A DNA stretch of 63,432 bases, filler included, from a bacterium (GTDB lineage Bacteria > JADJOY01): assembly GCA_046331705.1 (NCBI GenBank). It is 3 parts of 3 records of this genome, joined end to end, with 100 filler letters (N's around TTAATTAATTAA, not from the genome) between each part and the next. Parts side by side here need not be neighbours in the genome. Positions count along the whole stretch, not along the records: positions 1 to 24,159 come from JAXLQJ010000084.1; 2 more parts are not named here. The stretch is one strand, 5' to 3'. How positions within the stretch are numbered: position 1 is the stretch's first letter; each line of letters opens with the position of its first letter. Both the position numbers and the translations under genes were made by a program. Shown here in pieces: positions 9,801 to 19,677 of this stretch. The notes beneath the pieces are model-generated. The model saw only the letters and a list, made by a program, of their open reading frames with translations. It ran no database searches and was not told the DNA's origin.

Positions 9801-12191
9801 CTCTCGAACCAAGCGCGCCAGCAGGGCGATGTCGGACCCGCGGCGCTGGGGCTCGGCGAGTGGCGCGTGGGGCTCGGCGAATGGAAGGTCGTCGCGCCAC
9901 CCGGCGAGCCCGCGGGAGTGAGTCTCGACGTCGCCGAGCGCAGTCGCGGCGGACACGTCGTGCGCGCCGTGCCCACCCTCGGTCGCGCACCCGACGTGGC
10001 GGAGGGTCTCTTCGAGGCTGGCGGCTATCCGGCCGTGGAGGAGATCGAGAAAGGCGCGCGACCCGAGCTGGTGATCGGGTTCCACGAGGACCGAGCGGCG
10101 CAGCTCACGTCGCTCGAATGGGTCGAGGCGTCGAGCAGCTCGAGCGAGCTGCGCTTCACCTCGTTCGACGTGAGCGTGAGCGAGCAAAGCCCGCTTGGTC
10201 CGTGGCGGGCCATCGGTCCGTGGAAGCTCGAGCGTGACGCCAAGGGTGTCGCGAGCTTCCGTTTCCCCCAGCCCGAGTGGGCGCGCTTCGTGCGTCTGCT
10301 CGCGTCCGCGCCGCTCACGAGCGGCGGCAAGTACGCGTACCCCGTGACGCTGCGGGCGCTCGAGCGCGCCAACGACGCGTCCTACCGCTCGATCCTGGGT
10401 GAATGGGGGCATCTGGGTCGCGATGCGATCCGCGAAGCGCTCGCCGCGCCGCCGCCCAAGCGCGCCGAGCTGCCGGCGGGCGAGGCGACGAGCCGCGATC
10501 GTCCGCGCACCCTCGCGCTCGGCGAGGAGATCGCCGCCCAGGCCCTCGTGGGTGAGCGCGACGGCTGGTTTCGGGTCGACGTTCCCGCGGGGAAGAACAC
10601 CCTCACGCTGCACGTGACGGGGGCTCCCACCGTGGACGTCGACGTGAGCGTCGAAGACGTCACCGGCGCGCCGGTGACGCTGCGCTCGTCGTGGGGCGGC
10701 CCGGCCGAGCTCATGCTCGAAGCCGACGCCGAGCCCGGGCACGGCTACCTCGTGCACGTCGTCGAGCCGCCGCGATCGGTGGCGATCGCCTACGACACCA
10801 GCCTCAGCCTCGCGGCGTACACGCCCTTGATCCTGCGTGGCCTCGAGGCGTTCGCAGCGGGCGTGCGCCCCGGCGTGGAAGCCGTGAACTTCCTGCCCTT
10901 CGAGCGGCCGTTCCTGATGGAGTCCTGGAGCGATCAGCCGTTCGCGTTGCTGGCGGCGCTCGCGAAGCTCGACGCGGAGAATCCGTCGAGCGCGCTCGAG
11001 AAGACCGTGGCGGAGGCCGCGCGGGCGCTCGCCGAGCGACGCGGCTCGCGCGCGCTGCTGGTGCTCACCGACGCGGCGACACCGGGATACCTCGATCAGG
11101 AAGCGCAGTGGGCGATGGTGGCGAGCGCGCGGCCGCGGATCTTCGCGTCGCACATCGGCGCCGACGCCGATCCGATTCGCGAGAAGCAGCTCCTGCAAGA
11201 TCTCGCGGCGGTCAACGGCGGCGTTTACGTTTCGGCGCGCACGCAGGCCGAGATGGACACGTCGTTCGAGCGGGTCGCGGCGTGGTTGCGACGGCCGGCC
11301 CGCTATCGGCTGATGGCCGAGGCGCGGAACCAGGCGCCGCTCGAGCCGGGCACCCTCGTCGTGACGACCCGCGCCGCGGCGCCGCCCGCGGTGGGCGTGC
11401 CGCGGCCCACGGCCGCGATCGAGCTGATCCTCGACGCCTCGGGCAGCATGCTCGGGCGAATGGAGGGACGACGCCGAATCGAGATCGCGCGCGCGGTGCT
11501 CGGCGAGCTCGTCACGCGGAATCTTCCGCCCGCGACGCCGCTCGCGCTACGGGTCTTCGGCGACGATCGGCCGGGCTCGTGCGAGACCCGCCTCGCGCAA
11601 CCGCTCGCTCCCGTGGACGCGCCGGCGCTGGTGAAGCGGATCGGCGCGGTCCAGCCGCAGAACCTGGCGCGCACCCCGATCGCCGCGTCGCTCGCCAAGG
11701 TCGCGGAGGATCTTCGCGACGCGAGCGGACCGCGGACCGTGGTGCTCGTCACCGACGGCGAGGAGACCTGCGGCGGCGACCCGCGCGCCGAGATCCAGGC
11801 GCTGGTCGCGGCGGGGATCGACGTGCGCGTGAACATCGTGGGCTTCGCGGTCGCGGATGCCGAGCTCACGCAGACGTTCGAGGCCTGGGCGCGCGAGGGC
11901 CACGGCCGCTATTTCCCCGCTGGCACGAGCAGCGCCCTCGAGGCGGCGCTGCGCGCGGCGGTGCGAGCGCCGTTTCAGGTCTTCGGCGAGAGCGGCGCGC
12001 TCGCGGCGAGCGGTGTGGTGGATGGAGACGCCGTGACGCTGCCTGCGGGGCGCTACCGCGTCGTGGTGGGTGGGCGTGGCGACGGAGCGTCGCCCGCTGC
12101 CGGTGCTGCGGCGCCCACCGCGTTCGAGGCCGTCGTGGTGGAGCCGGCGCGCAAGACCGAGCTCACCTGGACGTCGCCGTTGGGAGGCTGA
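6768..12191 (+). CDS. Large secreted protein: six EPND/PPC-like beta-sandwich repeats, discoidin-like modules, two vWA domains
   Basis: Six EPND motifs; MIDAS YDTSLS and LDASGSM, TPIA, LVTDGEETCGGDP. True start may be ATG 6799 with an indel. Confidence 0.85.
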   Translation: MRSTTTSTSSNERTSRPPARRGGRAVVVLAALLIGGAVGVVARAGEPSCVPDREPNDRPESGMPIAGTACVAGTFADGDQDVFLWTVSAADAAERWAVDLNGIPGQQTKFQLHRLEEPATGGAPAVVGPALLEIATSPGDSHAASDDVFVAAGTYVIGLSVSGGAGPYRLRLGRAAAVERVETEPNDDPVHATPVAGAFAVRGDLAASEDVFAWNLDGVSAAQRWSIGASGPLGGRLALTLTDGSGRVLATASGGGAEPLSLPDLGLDPGTWVVRLGPAAGASAPYVLRAVTAGPRVPGREEEPNDDVAHARPIALGRAVAGRIAVDGDVDCYAFAGNASLAEKRLEVALDSPGRSFRKLCLVDAAGVERTCRAGISPRLSDLVLAPAPYALCVSGTRDPRSTYSLAVNLAGRRQPDGEAEPNDASADANPLPANGAVHGRWVGAETDAFRLDVTGEPKLWKATLSAPGEIRILDGRSGVEAQRKAAPAAPDVEIADLFLLPGPHVVEVAGENASYDLHVEATGVPDPMAEREPNDRPAQAQRIRFGETRKGVLEGSDRDSYRFSLAAEEHVTLRLEPAPAADVRFTLDWSAPSVERPTAIARGEPLVYDALLAPGDYVVALTTEGSSAGDYSLSLERRDPFDVAVDQEPNDIPGQARPVPASFEIRGSVGEWKDSDYYALPRVAVATEVRVRATGDVELELSENGVPLPSRVSAGALEGTLPPDHVVALAVRGEGAYTASLRFEPGPAPATASASAGLAVALELDSSAALAYGVRAQRVTGSVALANSSQRPIDLRLEAAASHFALVPTLARGAVRLAPGARERVPIAVEIGADAWADPAAQIAVRALAADGNARSATARLALAGDAAPVGEHPFAPLPPALLGGWNLAWSALGSRVLAAPGDDDASAQALLFDELTSTAGFARPAAALPFDTTVAFAGDRAWPVAGVVLDPEIPGGLAMAERLRDFELWLAEDGEHFERVLSGSLSPLSIEQPFVLDRVRPARAARLRWLSNQARQQGDVGPAALGLGEWRVGLGEWKVVAPPGEPAGVSLDVAERSRGGHVVRAVPTLGRAPDVAEGLFEAGGYPAVEEIEKGARPELVIGFHEDRAAQLTSLEWVEASSSSSELRFTSFDVSVSEQSPLGPWRAIGPWKLERDAKGVASFRFPQPEWARFVRLLASAPLTSGGKYAYPVTLRALERANDASYRSILGEWGHLGRDAIREALAAPPPKRAELPAGEATSRDRPRTLALGEEIAAQALVGERDGWFRVDVPAGKNTLTLHVTGAPTVDVDVSVEDVTGAPVTLRSSWGGPAELMLEADAEPGHGYLVHVVEPPRSVAIAYDTSLSLAAYTPLILRGLEAFAAGVRPGVEAVNFLPFERPFLMESWSDQPFALLAALAKLDAENPSSALEKTVAEAARALAERRGSRALLVLTDAATPGYLDQEAQWAMVASARPRIFASHIGADADPIREKQLLQDLAAVNGGVYVSARTQAEMDTSFERVAAWLRRPARYRLMAEARNQAPLEPGTLVVTTRAAAPPAVGVPRPTAAIELILDASGSMLGRMEGRRRIEIARAVLGELVTRNLPPATPLALRVFGDDRPGSCETRLAQPLAPVDAPALVKRIGAVQPQNLARTPIAASLAKVAEDLRDASGPRTVVLVTDGEETCGGDPRAEIQALVAAGIDVRVNIVGFAVADAELTQTFEAWAREGHGRYFPAGTSSALEAALRAAVRAPFQVFGESGALAASGVVDGDAVTLPAGRYRVVVGGRGDGASPAAGAAAPTAFEAVVVEPARKTELTWTSPLGG

Positions 12192-12209
12192 GTGGATCGA
12201 GGTCGAGCC

Positions 12210-15200
12210 ATGTCCGACAGGTCGGGATCGTTCCGTGTAGCGGGGACGGCACTTTTCACCGCGTGGTTCGCGCTCGCGTCGACCGGTCTTCCGGGAACGG
12301 CACGGGCCGTCGCGACGAGCGACGAGGAGCGCGCGGCGCGCTTCGCCACCGCGCTTAGGCAGAGCCTGACGGCGGTCGAGGATGGTGAGCGAGAGCTGGC
12401 GCGCGATCGTTGGGACCCGCAGTACGTGGTCAACGAGGTCGGCGTCGAGCCGGAAGCGCTCTTCGCATGGGTGCGCGACCGGACCCGATGGGTTCCGTAT
12501 CGTGGTCTCTTGCGCGGACCGGTCGGCGTGCTCAGCGATCGGGTGGGGTCGAGCCTCGACCGTGCGGTGTTGCTGGGCACGCTGCTCACGCGTGCCGGCG
12601 AGGAGGTTCGCCTCGCGCACGCCGAGCTGCCCGGCGCGCGCGCCCGGAGCTTGCTCGAGACGCTGATCCTCGATCGCCGCGTGGCCAGCGCGGCGGCCGC
12701 GGGCGCTGCCACGGCGGCCGTCGCATCCCTGCCCGTGTCCCTCGCCGGCGACTCGACGTCGATCGCAACGCAGTATTCGCTCGACCCCGTCGCGGTCGCG
12801 CAGGTGCTGCACGACTCGGCCCGCGAGTCCGATGCGATCGCCGCACGCCTCGCCGGCGACGTCGACGACCAATCCGCGCGCTTGGCCGTGGCCCTCGACG
12901 CGGCGACGCCCGACGCCGCGGAGCTCGAGCGCGCGACGCAAGCGCTCGCCGACCATTGGTGGGTGCAGGTGAAGCTCGCTGGGAGGTGGCAGGACTACGA
13001 CTTGCTCGCAGCCGCCGCGAAACCTGGCACGGCGCTCGCCCCGGCGCTCGCCACCCACGCGCTCGACGCGGTGCCTGCGGATCTCGTGCACCGTGTGACG
13101 GTGCGGGTGATCGCGGAGCAGTGGAAGGACGGCAAGGTCTCGGAGCGCGTGGTCTCCGAGAAGGCCTTCGCGGCGCACGAGGCGATCGGTCAGCGAATCG
13201 TGCTGCGCAACCTGCCCACGGTCTGGCCCGAGGACTGGCCCGCGGTCACTCCCGCCGACGTCCAGGTGCGGCTCAAGGCGGCGGTGCTGACCCAGCACGA
13301 ATGGATCCCGGTGCTCGTGGTGGACGATACGCCGTATGCCTCGCGCAGCATCCGTGACTCGGGCGAGGTGAACGAGAAGCCGTCGCCACGCAATCCGTTC
13401 GCATCGCTCGGCATCCCCGCCGCCGGCATCGCGGGCAAGGCCGCCGACGCGTTCAATGCGCCGCCTCCCGACGAGCCGGCAGCGGCGTCGGCTGCCGCCA
13501 GCGCCGCAAAGCGCGCCGTCGATCCGGCCGGCGAGCTGACCGCCGAGTGGCTGGAGCTCGTGATCGAGACACCGACCGGTGCGAGGCGAGCCATCCGTCG
13601 CGAGCTCTTCGATCTCCTGGGGCCGGCGCGGCGCGCCGCGTCCGGGCCCATCCCCTTCGAGATGACCGACGCGCTGGCGCTCGCGCGCTCCACCGCTCAG
13701 CTCGCCGAGACCGAGATCCTGATCACACCCTGCGCCCTCGCCTCCGAGCTGGTGGCGCATCTGGGGGCGCAGGCGCTGCTCGCGAACAAGGACTTGCTCG
13801 ACGAGCTGGCGCGCGACCCGTTCGCCAAGGCCGCCGCCAACTACACCGAGGTCTTCACCAGGCTGAAACCGCTCCCGGGGCCGCTCTACGGCTTCGCGTT
13901 GCTGCGCTTCGACGCGAGCGCGGTACGCGAAGCGGTGTTCGTCGACCGGCCCAACGTCTTCGTCCAGCACGCCGAGCTCGTCGCCGACGCACGTGGAGAC
14001 TTTCGCCCGCGCGTCGCGCTCGACGTGGTCGCCAACGACGTCGGCGTGGATCCCGCGCTCTCCGACGCGCGCCGGGCGCGGCTGGTTCAGGGCGTGGTGG
14101 ACACCAACGCCGAGGACGCGGCGCTCGCGGGCTCCGAGAGCGGACGCGGACCGGCGCGCGCGTTCGCCGCGGCCGGCGACACCGGGCAGCGCTGGCTGCT
14201 CGCGCGTCCCGGTGACGAGAGCAAGGTTGCCGCGCTGGGTCTGGATCCGGACCTCGGCGCGCGGGTTGCCGCCGAGCTTCGCGATGGACAGGTGGTGGTC
14301 GTGCCCGCTCCCGATCCGTCCGCGCCTGGCGTCGCCCCCGCGGGCTGGTGGCGAATCGATCCGCGCACCGGTTCGACGTTGGGCCTCGGCTCGAACGGCT
14401 GGGGCCAGGCGATGGTCGAATACATGTTCGTGTTCCTGTTCGAGTTCACGATCAATCAAGCGATCTGCATGCTCGAGACGGCGCCGATGGGGAACACCAA
14501 GGCGGCGCACGCCGCGGCGCGCTCGTGCTTGATCGGGTCGCTGTGGGGAGCAGGACGCTCGCTGCTCACCATGGGGCTCATGTCGAAGATGCGCGGCGGC
14601 GCGGGCGCCGGCCGCGGCGCTGCCGCCGCGGAGGAAGGAGCGGCGACCGCTGGGCGCGCGAGCACGGGGCGTGGGGGCGGTGCCGGCGGTGGCCGGTGGC
14701 GCGGGCGGCGCCACCGGCGGGACGCGCGGCGGAGGACGCACGCAGCCGCTGCCGCGCGGCGAGAGTCCCACCTCGCCGATGGCGTCGACGCAACCCGGCG
14801 CGGGGAAATCCCCCACCTCGCCCATGGCCTCGACGCTGCCGGATCATGGCCCGTCGAGCGGATCGAAGAGCGGTCGGCCCGGAAGCGTCGATCCGCTCGG
14901 CGACACGCATCCAGGTGCGCCAAGTGGCGGTCGTCCAGGCGGTGCGGCCAGCGGCGCGGGCGGTGACCCGGCGGCCGCCGTCGAGGCGGCGCGCCGAGCG
15001 GCACAAGACGCCGCCGCACGCGAGCAAGCGGCACTGGATCGGTACCGCCGCGAGGGGACGGAAGAGGCGAAACGAGAGGCGATGAAGGCATGGAAGGACG
15101 CTGGCGACGCGCGCTGGAACTACAGCGATGCCTGGGGAAAGGCCGGCCGGCCGGGCTTTCCGCCGGAGCTCCCGGGAAGCCCGGCGACGGCGACGCCCGC

Positions 15201-15711
15201 ACCGCGCGGACCCTCACCCTCGGCGGACCCGTACGGCCGCACCTCGCCCGGCGTGGATCCGTACGACAAGACCGCCCCAGGAATCGACCCGTACGGTCGC
15301 ACCGCGCCGGGCATCGATCCGCTCGGGCAGACGTCACCCGGTGGGCCGCCGACCCAGAAGAGTCCTCAGCCCGCACCCGCGGGCAGCGCCGGCGGCGGAT
15401 CTTCGTCTGCGGGCGCGCCCGGTGCGCCCGGTGCGCCTCCCCTCGGCAATCCCGCCCCCGGTACGCGGCTCGGTGACACGCGCCCCGCTCCTTATGGACC
15501 GAGCTCGCCGTCCGGCGCTCGCCCGACGCAGCCGGGGATCGGTCAGGCACCGAGCGCATCGCCGGCCGCACGGCCCGGCGCGGGCGCAGGCGGCTGTCCC
15601 GCGGGCATCGATTGCGAGGCCGCCACCGAGCGCGCGCCCTCGGGGCTCGGCGCGCTGGTGACGGGCTTCGCGGGATTCGGCTCGTCGCTCGGCAGTCTCG
15701 GCCCGCCGTGA
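12210..15711 (+). CDS. Secreted transglutaminase-like protein with Gly/Pro/Thr-rich tail; apparent 1-nt insertion frameshift near 14691
   Basis: LFAWVRD..VPYRGLLRGP..GSSLDRAVLL, HWWVQV..WQDYD; ORFs 12192-14966 and 14671-15711 join if one G is removed in ggtggccggtggc. Confidence 0.7.
15223..15342 (+). repeat. Four 30-bp coding tandem repeats (xDPYGRT[SA]PG)
   Basis: ADPYGRTSPG/VDPYDKTAPG/IDPYGRTAPG/IDPLGQTSPG; Asp codons at 15226, 15256, 15286, 15316. Confidence 0.9.
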
Positions 15712-15736
15712 GCGTCGCGCCGAACTTGGATTCAGC

Positions 15737-16336
15737 TCACTCCGGATCGGCGCCGCAGAGGACGTCGATCGAGATCTCGATGGCGTCGAAGGGTTCGGCG
15801 CGGACCTTGTCGGGGCGGGCGGCGTTCACCGCCACGGTGTAGTGGCCGTTCTCCCAGCGATACACGGTGAGCGTGCCGCGCTCCGGCTCGACCAGCCAGT
15901 AGTGCGGGATCTGGTGGCGCTCGAAGACCTGGAATTTGTGGACGGTGTCGTTGGCGGCGTTGCTCTCGGAGACGATCTCGCAGATCCAGTCGGGGCGCAC
16001 GCGCACGGGCCTGCCGCGGGGCCGCTCGGCGAGGCGGTCGCGCCTGAAGCCGACGACGTCCGGGCGCACCACCTGATGGGGCTCGAGCTCGATGTCGCAC
16101 TCGGTGACGATCCACCAGCCGCCCGGTGCGTCGCCGCCGCCTCCGCCATCGCCGCGTCCGTGGAAATGGAGCCCCACGGTTCGGTCGATGAGGCTCTGCG
16201 CGAGGCTGTGCTCGAAGCTGGGCGCCGCCTTCTCGACGATCACGCCGTCGAGGATCTCGGCGCGCACGTCGTCCGGCAGCTCGAGGAGGTCCTCGAACGT
16301 CGCGAGCCGATCCCGCTTCCGCGCGGTGCTCTCCAT
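15737..16336 (-). CDS. Uma2 family (PD-(D/E)xK) endonuclease
   Basis: RAEILDG, PSFEH, VRPDV, PDWICEIVSES..DTVHK..YWLVEP. Confidence 0.92.
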   Translation of the reverse strand: MESTARKRDRLATFEDLLELPDDVRAEILDGVIVEKAAPSFEHSLAQSLIDRTVGLHFHGRGDGGGGGDAPGGWWIVTECDIELEPHQVVRPDVVGFRRDRLAERPRGRPVRVRPDWICEIVSESNAANDTVHKFQVFERHQIPHYWLVEPERGTLTVYRWENGHYTVAVNAARPDKVRAEPFDAIEISIDVLCGADPE

Positions 16337-16528
16337 GGCGTGCCCATCGTAAACCACGCCGCCGGCCGCCGGTACCGGCGAGCGCGGCGCGCGGCGCGTG
16401 TGCGGGATTGTTCGCAATCGTCAAACAATGCACCAACGCGCGGGAAGTGCCTTGACTCGCGGGAATCGCGCGGGGTAGAGCAGCGGCACACGTACGCGTT
16501 CACCGTTTCACATCCAGGCGAGGGGAAC

Positions 16529-17254
16529 ATGATTCGACATCACATTCGGAAGGTCGGAAGTGCCGTGGCGCTGGTCTCGTTGCTGGGCGGGTGCTCGGCC
16601 ATGCAGCCGTCGGACGAGGGCACGATCTCGAAGAGCGCCGACGTCGACTTGCAGCCGATTCCCAAGGTCAGCCCGCCGCACGCTGGCAAGAAGGTCGCCG
16701 CGGTGGCGTTCGTGAACCGTTCGATCTCCCAGTACGCGTTCCTGGGCGACTCGGCGCCCGACTTCCTGGCCGAGTTCCTGCGCGAGGCCGGCTTCCGCGT
16801 GGTCGAGGGCACCGGGGCTCAGCTCGCGGCGGTGAACAAGGAGCTCGAGTACAACACCTCGGGCCTCGTGGATCCGGCGACGGCGGCCACCCTCGGCAAG
16901 CAGCTCGGCACCGACTACGTGTTCGTGGGCTCGGTGACGGACTACGAGGAAGTGAAGGCCAAGGGCGGCGGCGGTCTCAACGTGATGGGCTGGGGCCTCG
17001 GCTCGGGCTCGGGTGGCATCACCTACAACATTCAGGTGTCCGGCCGGCTCGTGGACATCCGCACCCGCGAGATCCTCGCGTCGAAGAGCACCTCGTTCAA
17101 GAAGACCTTCAACGTGAAGGGCGGCAGCATCGAGACGCCGTGGGGCGGCGCCAACATGGACCAGGAGGTCGAGGTCTCGAACCAGACCGGCGGCAAGGTC
17201 CTGCAGGTGTGCCTGAACCGGCTCATGATCGAGATCGTCGGTCAGCTCAAGTGA
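16529..17254 (+). CDS. CsgG/HfaB family lipoprotein
   Basis: LGGC lipobox; VAAVAFVN, FRVVE, SGLVDPATAATLGKQLGTDY..GSVTDY, RLVDIRTREIL. Confidence 0.85.
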   Translation: MIRHHIRKVGSAVALVSLLGGCSAMQPSDEGTISKSADVDLQPIPKVSPPHAGKKVAAVAFVNRSISQYAFLGDSAPDFLAEFLREAGFRVVEGTGAQLAAVNKELEYNTSGLVDPATAATLGKQLGTDYVFVGSVTDYEEVKAKGGGGLNVMGWGLGSGSGGITYNIQVSGRLVDIRTREILASKSTSFKKTFNVKGGSIETPWGGANMDQEVEVSNQTGGKVLQVCLNRLMIEIVGQLK

Positions 17255-17991
17255 ATCGCGTTCGTTCCTTCCCTACGTTCGTCACGCGGCGGTCCGCCTT
17301 CGCGGCCGCCGCGTTCGTCCTGTCGGGCGTCGGCGTGGAGCGCGCGTTCGCGCAGGTGCCGTACGGCTCGCCGAGCAACTCGGTCAGCTCCACCCGGGTT
17401 CAGCCCAACTCGACCTTCACCACCACGGTGCAGCACGTGATGCCGAACGGCACGATCGTCCTCGGCAACGGCCTCACGGTGACCCTGGGCGGCATGTCGC
17501 CCTTCGGCGGCGGCAGCTGGGGTTCCACGGGTGTCCAGGGCGGCTCGGACTTCGCCGGCTATCTGTCTCCGATGCTGATGGGCCAGTCGGTGCGCGTGAC
17601 GACGTTGCCCGTCGGCCAGGACCAGCCGGCGAGCGGTCCCGTGCCTGTGCTCATGTACTACGGCAGCGGTTACGACTCGCTGGTGAATCAAGCGGTGGTG
17701 CAGCGCGGTCTCGCTCGTTATCAGGGCCAGTATTTCCAAGCGGCGCCGGACGTCCGCGAGCAGATGCGGCAAGCCGAGATCGACGCCAAGAACCGGGCAT
17801 CCGGCATGTGGTCGGGCACCGGCAGCGGCACCACGCTCGAGACGCTGCCGCCCAGCGAGCAGCGCAAGCGCATCGAAGAGCACAACAAGCGCGTCGAGGC
17901 AGCGCAGAAGAAGGCCGCCGCCGAGGCCGCTGAGGCGGCGCCTCCCGCAGCGCCGACGGCGCCGGAGGCGCCCGCCGCGCCCGAACGATGA
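17251..17991 (+). CDS. Thermonuclease (SNase)-fold protein, catalytic residues apparently missing
   Basis: GTGA overlap with the CsgG-family gene; C-terminal SLVNQAVVQRGLA..AEIDAKNRASGMWS SNase signature. Confidence 0.7.
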   Translation: MNRVRSFPTFVTRRSAFAAAAFVLSGVGVERAFAQVPYGSPSNSVSSTRVQPNSTFTTTVQHVMPNGTIVLGNGLTVTLGGMSPFGGGSWGSTGVQGGSDFAGYLSPMLMGQSVRVTTLPVGQDQPASGPVPVLMYYGSGYDSLVNQAVVQRGLARYQGQYFQAAPDVREQMRQAEIDAKNRASGMWSGTGSGTTLETLPPSEQRKRIEEHNKRVEAAQKKAAAEAAEAAPPAAPTAPEAPAAPER

Positions 17992-18467
17992 GCGGGCAGC
18001 GCGAGATCCCACGGGAAGAGCTCGATCCCCTCGGCCAATCGCCGATTCTCTTCGACGCCCTCGTCCGGGAAGACCTGGACGGGGGCGTCTTCGTATTCCG
18101 CAAGCGCATCACGCTCGACGATCCCGGCGTGGCGGATCAGCGCACCACGCCGCGCTGGCCGCACCATCTCCCCGGTGAGCTGGTGATCGGTTTCACGGGG
18201 CAGGCGGGGACGATCGCGCTGCACCGCAAGGGGCTGATCGAGGTGGGCTGGCGCGGCCACGGCGTGCGCATCAACGACGCGCGCTTCTCGGCCTCGGTGC
18301 TGATCGGGGAGACGGTCTACGTGCAGGCGCGGCTCAAGCGCGCGCGCAAGCTCGGCGGAAGCATTCACGTGCGATTCGCGTTTCGCATGTGGAAGCACGG
18401 CGAGGATGGTGCCGAGATCGAGACCTACGCGAGCGAGCAGGACGCGATCTTCTTTCCGGGAGAGTGA
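17988..18467 (+). CDS. Hotdog-fold (thioesterase/dehydratase-like) protein
   Basis: ATGA overlap; HLPGEL..GQAG, ARFSASVLIGETV. Confidence 0.65.
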   Translation: MSGQREIPREELDPLGQSPILFDALVREDLDGGVFVFRKRITLDDPGVADQRTTPRWPHHLPGELVIGFTGQAGTIALHRKGLIEVGWRGHGVRINDARFSASVLIGETVYVQARLKRARKLGGSIHVRFAFRMWKHGEDGAEIETYASEQDAIFFPGE

Positions 18468-18526
18468 GCGCGCGCGTCGTGGCGACGCGCGCGGCGAGGT
18501 GCGTTCGCGTTGGGGCGGGGGAATCC

Positions 18527-19624
18527 GTGAGCATTCGAGCGCAGGACGTCCGAGTCGTGGTGGGTTTCGCCCTGGTCCTCGGGGGGATGGCGCTGGTCTC
18601 CGGTTGCACGCCCATCTCGCCGCTCGCGGTCACGCCGCCGGCGGCGCCGGAGCTCACCGGCGTGCTCGCGCCGAACGAGGAGCTGGCGCGGGTCGAGAAG
18701 CTCGCGCTCGACGGCGCCAGGGGCCCGGAGGAGACGGCGTTCGATGCCCAGGGGCGCGTCTACACGGGCACCATCGACGGTCGCATCCTGCGGCTCACTC
18801 CGAGTGCTTCCGGTGGAGCTGCCGCGGTCGAGACGCTCGCCAACACCGGCGGCCGCCCGCTCGGGCTGATGCACGACGCCGGAGGGCGGTTGATCGTGTG
18901 CGATGCGGTGAAAGGGCTGCTGGCCATCGACCCGGCGGGAACGATCCAGACGCTCACGGCGGAGGCGGACGGCGTCCCGTACAAGTTCACCGACGCCCTC
19001 GACATCGGCGCGGACGGATCGATCTATTTCTCGGACGCCAGCTCCAAATGGGGCGTCCACGACTTCATGCTCGATTACCTGGAAGGGCGGCCGTTGGGAC
19101 GCCTCATCCGCTACTCGCCGCAGACCGGCCAGGCGGAGGTGCTCGCCAAGGATCTCTACTTCGCGAACGGTGTCGCGCTCTCCGCGCAAGGCGACTTCGT
19201 GCTCGTGAACGAGACCTGGGCGTACCGCGTGCGGCGGTACTGGCTGAGCGGCCCCAAGGCCGGCACGCTCGAGCCCTTCGTGGAGAATCTTCCCGGCTTT
19301 CCCGACGGGATCTCGCGCAGCCCGCGCGGCACCTTCTGGGTGGCGCTCTTCACCGTGCGCGATCCGCTCGGGGATTGGCTCGCGCCGCATCCCACGCTCA
19401 AGTGGATCGTCGCCAATCTGCCCAAGTTCCTGATGCCGGGGCCGAAGCCCTATGGCTTCACCGTCGAGGTCGACGCCGACGGCAAGATCCTGCGCAGCCT
19501 TCACGATCCGTCGGGTGAGCACATCCAGCACGTGAGCAGCGTCCACGAGGACCACGGCGCGCTCTATCTCGGCACCCTCGACGGGCCGCACATCGGCCGC
19601 TTGCCGCTCGCCAACCCCGGCTGA
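18527..19624 (+). CDS. Strictosidine synthase / SMP-30-gluconolactonase family beta-propeller
   Basis: GPEE, GGRPLGL, FTDALDI, YFSDAS, LYFANGVALS, NLPGFPDGI; start uncertain. Confidence 0.92.
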   Translation: MSIRAQDVRVVVGFALVLGGMALVSGCTPISPLAVTPPAAPELTGVLAPNEELARVEKLALDGARGPEETAFDAQGRVYTGTIDGRILRLTPSASGGAAAVETLANTGGRPLGLMHDAGGRLIVCDAVKGLLAIDPAGTIQTLTAEADGVPYKFTDALDIGADGSIYFSDASSKWGVHDFMLDYLEGRPLGRLIRYSPQTGQAEVLAKDLYFANGVALSAQGDFVLVNETWAYRVRRYWLSGPKAGTLEPFVENLPGFPDGISRSPRGTFWVALFTVRDPLGDWLAPHPTLKWIVANLPKFLMPGPKPYGFTVEVDADGKILRSLHDPSGEHIQHVSSVHEDHGALYLGTLDGPHIGRLPLANPG

Positions 19625-19677
19625 TCGGCAGTCGGGTTCGTCGTCATCACGCATCTCCATTCCGCGAAAGGACCGCA

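Noticed and set aside
11547-14825. Long antisense ORFs (1092 aa here; also 25444-27942, 8892-11198, 57815-59971)
   Set aside because: Shadow frames of real genes in GC-rich DNA; Arg/Ala-rich with no recognisable motifs.
16452-16481. TTGACT-N18-TAGAGC sigma70-like promoter before the CsgG-family gene
   Set aside because: Weak -10 and long spacer; plausible but not supportable.
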